DNA of 64,000 nucleotides from NCBI GenBank assembly GCA_000165345.1, contig CM000433.1, positions 288,001 to 352,000 of the forward strand, read 5' to 3'. Shown piece by piece: positions 62,457 to 64,000 of this stretch (position 1 is its first letter; each line of letters starts with the position of its first letter). The notes under the pieces were generated by a model. It saw only the letters and a program-made list of their open reading frames with translations, ran no database searches and was not told where the DNA came from. The position numbers and the translations under genes were made by a program.

Positions 62457-62526
62457 CGCTTAAATTTTAAACATTATCTTGAATTTCTTTAACATTTTTA
62501 ATATTACAAATAATGGAAAGTATATA

Positions 62527-64000
62527 ATGGAAGTCTCTTCAGATTTGGTAGATTGGGCTCAATGCGAGCTTTGTAAGAAATGGAGAAAGCTACCGTTAGG
62601 AATGAATCCTAATACTTTACCTGAAGAATGGGTGTGTACAATGAACACATGGGACAAATTATATAGTTCTTGTGACGCAGCAGAGGAGGTTGTTGGAATT
62701 CCTCCTGAAAATTTATATTCAAACATACCTAATCAAGCCGTTTTATCTTCTGATTTTCATAATCGCTCACTTAGAGGGCGGAAAAAAAATTTTAGTACTT
62801 GCATAAATAATAATTCACCTATACAGACTATAAACCCCAAACAAATAAGTAATCAAAGCACAAACTTGATCGAAGATGTTAAAAAAGATTTTAATGATAT
62901 TACTATTCCTGATGGCTCGCTTAACAAATCATTAATTGATAGTTTGAGTCAATGGAGCAAAGAGCTTAGGCTAAGCTATACAAGCTTATCTTCAGGCAAC
63001 CTAAGCAAAAGTTTCCCTTCATGCTGGCCCTTAGAATATCAAAATTTGAATAGTATTCCTTTATTCAGAAATAGATTTTTTGAAAGCTTTGAGAAATCAA
63101 GATCAAAAAACAACGGTTTTTCTGGAAATCACGAGTTACTTTCAAATCTAAAAGATTCACAAAGTTTCCCATTATGTATTTTCAAAAGTAACATAATTAC
63201 TTCAAAAAATCATCCGCTTGAAGGAAGGTCAATTATTACAGGTACAGATATTCCGATTGTTTTTAAATTAATCGGTAGATTGATCAACGGTATCTTTCCA
63301 ATTATTTCAAAGAATCAGCCAATTAAATATTCTAATAATCAATATACAAATAATCCTATTTCATTATCTAATACTCAAAAGAGTCAAGGCACAATATCAA
63401 GCATTCACACAAATTCTATTGAATTAATTCCAGCGACGAGATCTGACTGGGATTCTCCATTCATTGATTTATCAAATTCTTTATTTATTTCGAATTGCGC
63501 TAACTATAAGTTAGGCAAACGCGATGACAGCTGGAGTAAATGCAGATTTTCATACTCTAAATTATTCCCTGAAGAAGATTACTTTTCATTGGCACCAAAT
63601 TATCTAAAAGAAACAAATTTTGATTTAAAGGCAGTTAATTCTAAAATTATAACGGAAGAATTTAATGAACAAACAAATATTGATATTTTAGATTTATTTC
63701 CAATCTTTTCTTGGTTGGAAAATCCAAATAATTTTAACCATCCTATGTATCCTAAAGTTGCACAATCTAATTTAACAACTCAAGTCATTAAAATTTCGAA
63801 AAAGTGTAAAATGAACAAAAACAATATTCGTAATAGGACGAAGCAAATAGATCCAGACCAGGCTGAAATCACACATAAATTGAGAAGGTCGTCACGGAAT
63901 TCTAACAAAGTTCAAAGTTCTGAGAGAAATAATGCTGAAAGTGAATTTTCCATTAAAGACGATTTTGCAATGGAGATGAATAATTCTGTCTTACAATCCA
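62527..64000 (+). CDS. CW-type zinc-finger (zf-CW) protein; 5' part only, the ORF runs off the window end
   Basis: ATG at 62527, then an open frame to 64000 (491 codons, no stop). The N-terminus 'LVDWAQCELCKKWRKLPLGMNPNTLPEEWVCTMNTWDKLYSSCDAAEE' matches the zf-CW signature (W.QC..C.KWR.LP......P..W.C..N.......C...EE). Absent from the ORF track because no stop lies in the window. Confidence 0.7.
   Translation, partial: MEVSSDLVDWAQCELCKKWRKLPLGMNPNTLPEEWVCTMNTWDKLYSSCDAAEEVVGIPPENLYSNIPNQAVLSSDFHNRSLRGRKKNFSTCINNNSPIQTINPKQISNQSTNLIEDVKKDFNDITIPDGSLNKSLIDSLSQWSKELRLSYTSLSSGNLSKSFPSCWPLEYQNLNSIPLFRNRFFESFEKSRSKNNGFSGNHELLSNLKDSQSFPLCIFKSNIITSKNHPLEGRSIITGTDIPIVFKLIGRLINGIFPIISKNQPIKYSNNQYTNNPISLSNTQKSQGTISSIHTNSIELIPATRSDWDSPFIDLSNSLFISNCANYKLGKRDDSWSKCRFSYSKLFPEEDYFSLAPNYLKETNFDLKAVNSKIITEEFNEQTNIDILDLFPIFSWLENPNNFNHPMYPKVAQSNLTTQVIKISKKCKMNKNNIRNRTKQIDPDQAEITHKLRRSSRNSNKVQSSERNNAESEFSIKDDFAMEMNNSVLQS

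Overview
The window is AT-rich (about 30% GC), gene-dense eukaryotic nuclear DNA with standard stop codons. There is no prokaryotic operon structure and no rRNA, tRNA or CRISPR array. Spliceosomal introns are tiny (41-62 nt, GTAAGT-type donors, AG acceptors) and sit in small housekeeping genes: YKT6 has 5, Arp6 has 2, RPL3 has one 274-nt outlier, and a membrane-protein gene has 4. Several 4-8 kb genes are single uninterrupted ORFs. By homology to well-known families the window encodes: ribosomal protein L3, YKT6, Arp6, nucleoside diphosphate kinase, eIF2B beta, a PRELI/MSF1 protein, a Yip1-domain protein, an SRD5A3-type polyprenol reductase, a TCF25/Rqc1-like protein, an RRM plus RS/RY protein, a zf-CW protein, a TFIIIC TPR subunit-like protein, a CCCH zinc-finger protein, a class III nucleotidyl cyclase fused to a polytopic channel-like domain (an alveolate-type architecture), and a giant SWIM-GHKL ATPase. 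From about 26.5 to 55 kb most genes carry predicted signal peptides. Two of these are tandem paralogous giant proteins (1234 and 2592 aa) built from a recurring Cys-containing module that I cannot assign to a known family. Two pairs of adjacent ORFs (cyclase; SWIM-GHKL plus DUF3883) are separated only by a 1-nt frame change inside a homopolymer run, which fits assembly indel errors (or very recent pseudogenisation). Recurrent GC-rich E2F-like elements (TTTGGCGGCA, TTTAGCGCGGAA and similar) lie 20-150 bp upstream of many start codons, and some head-to-head gene pairs have only 42-59 bp between their ATGs. The channel-cyclase fusion, the E2F-like upstream motifs and the compact organisation suggest a Cryptosporidium-like apicomplexan. 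That assignment is inference only. No database search was possible; every functional call rests on motif-level recognition of the translated ORFs.
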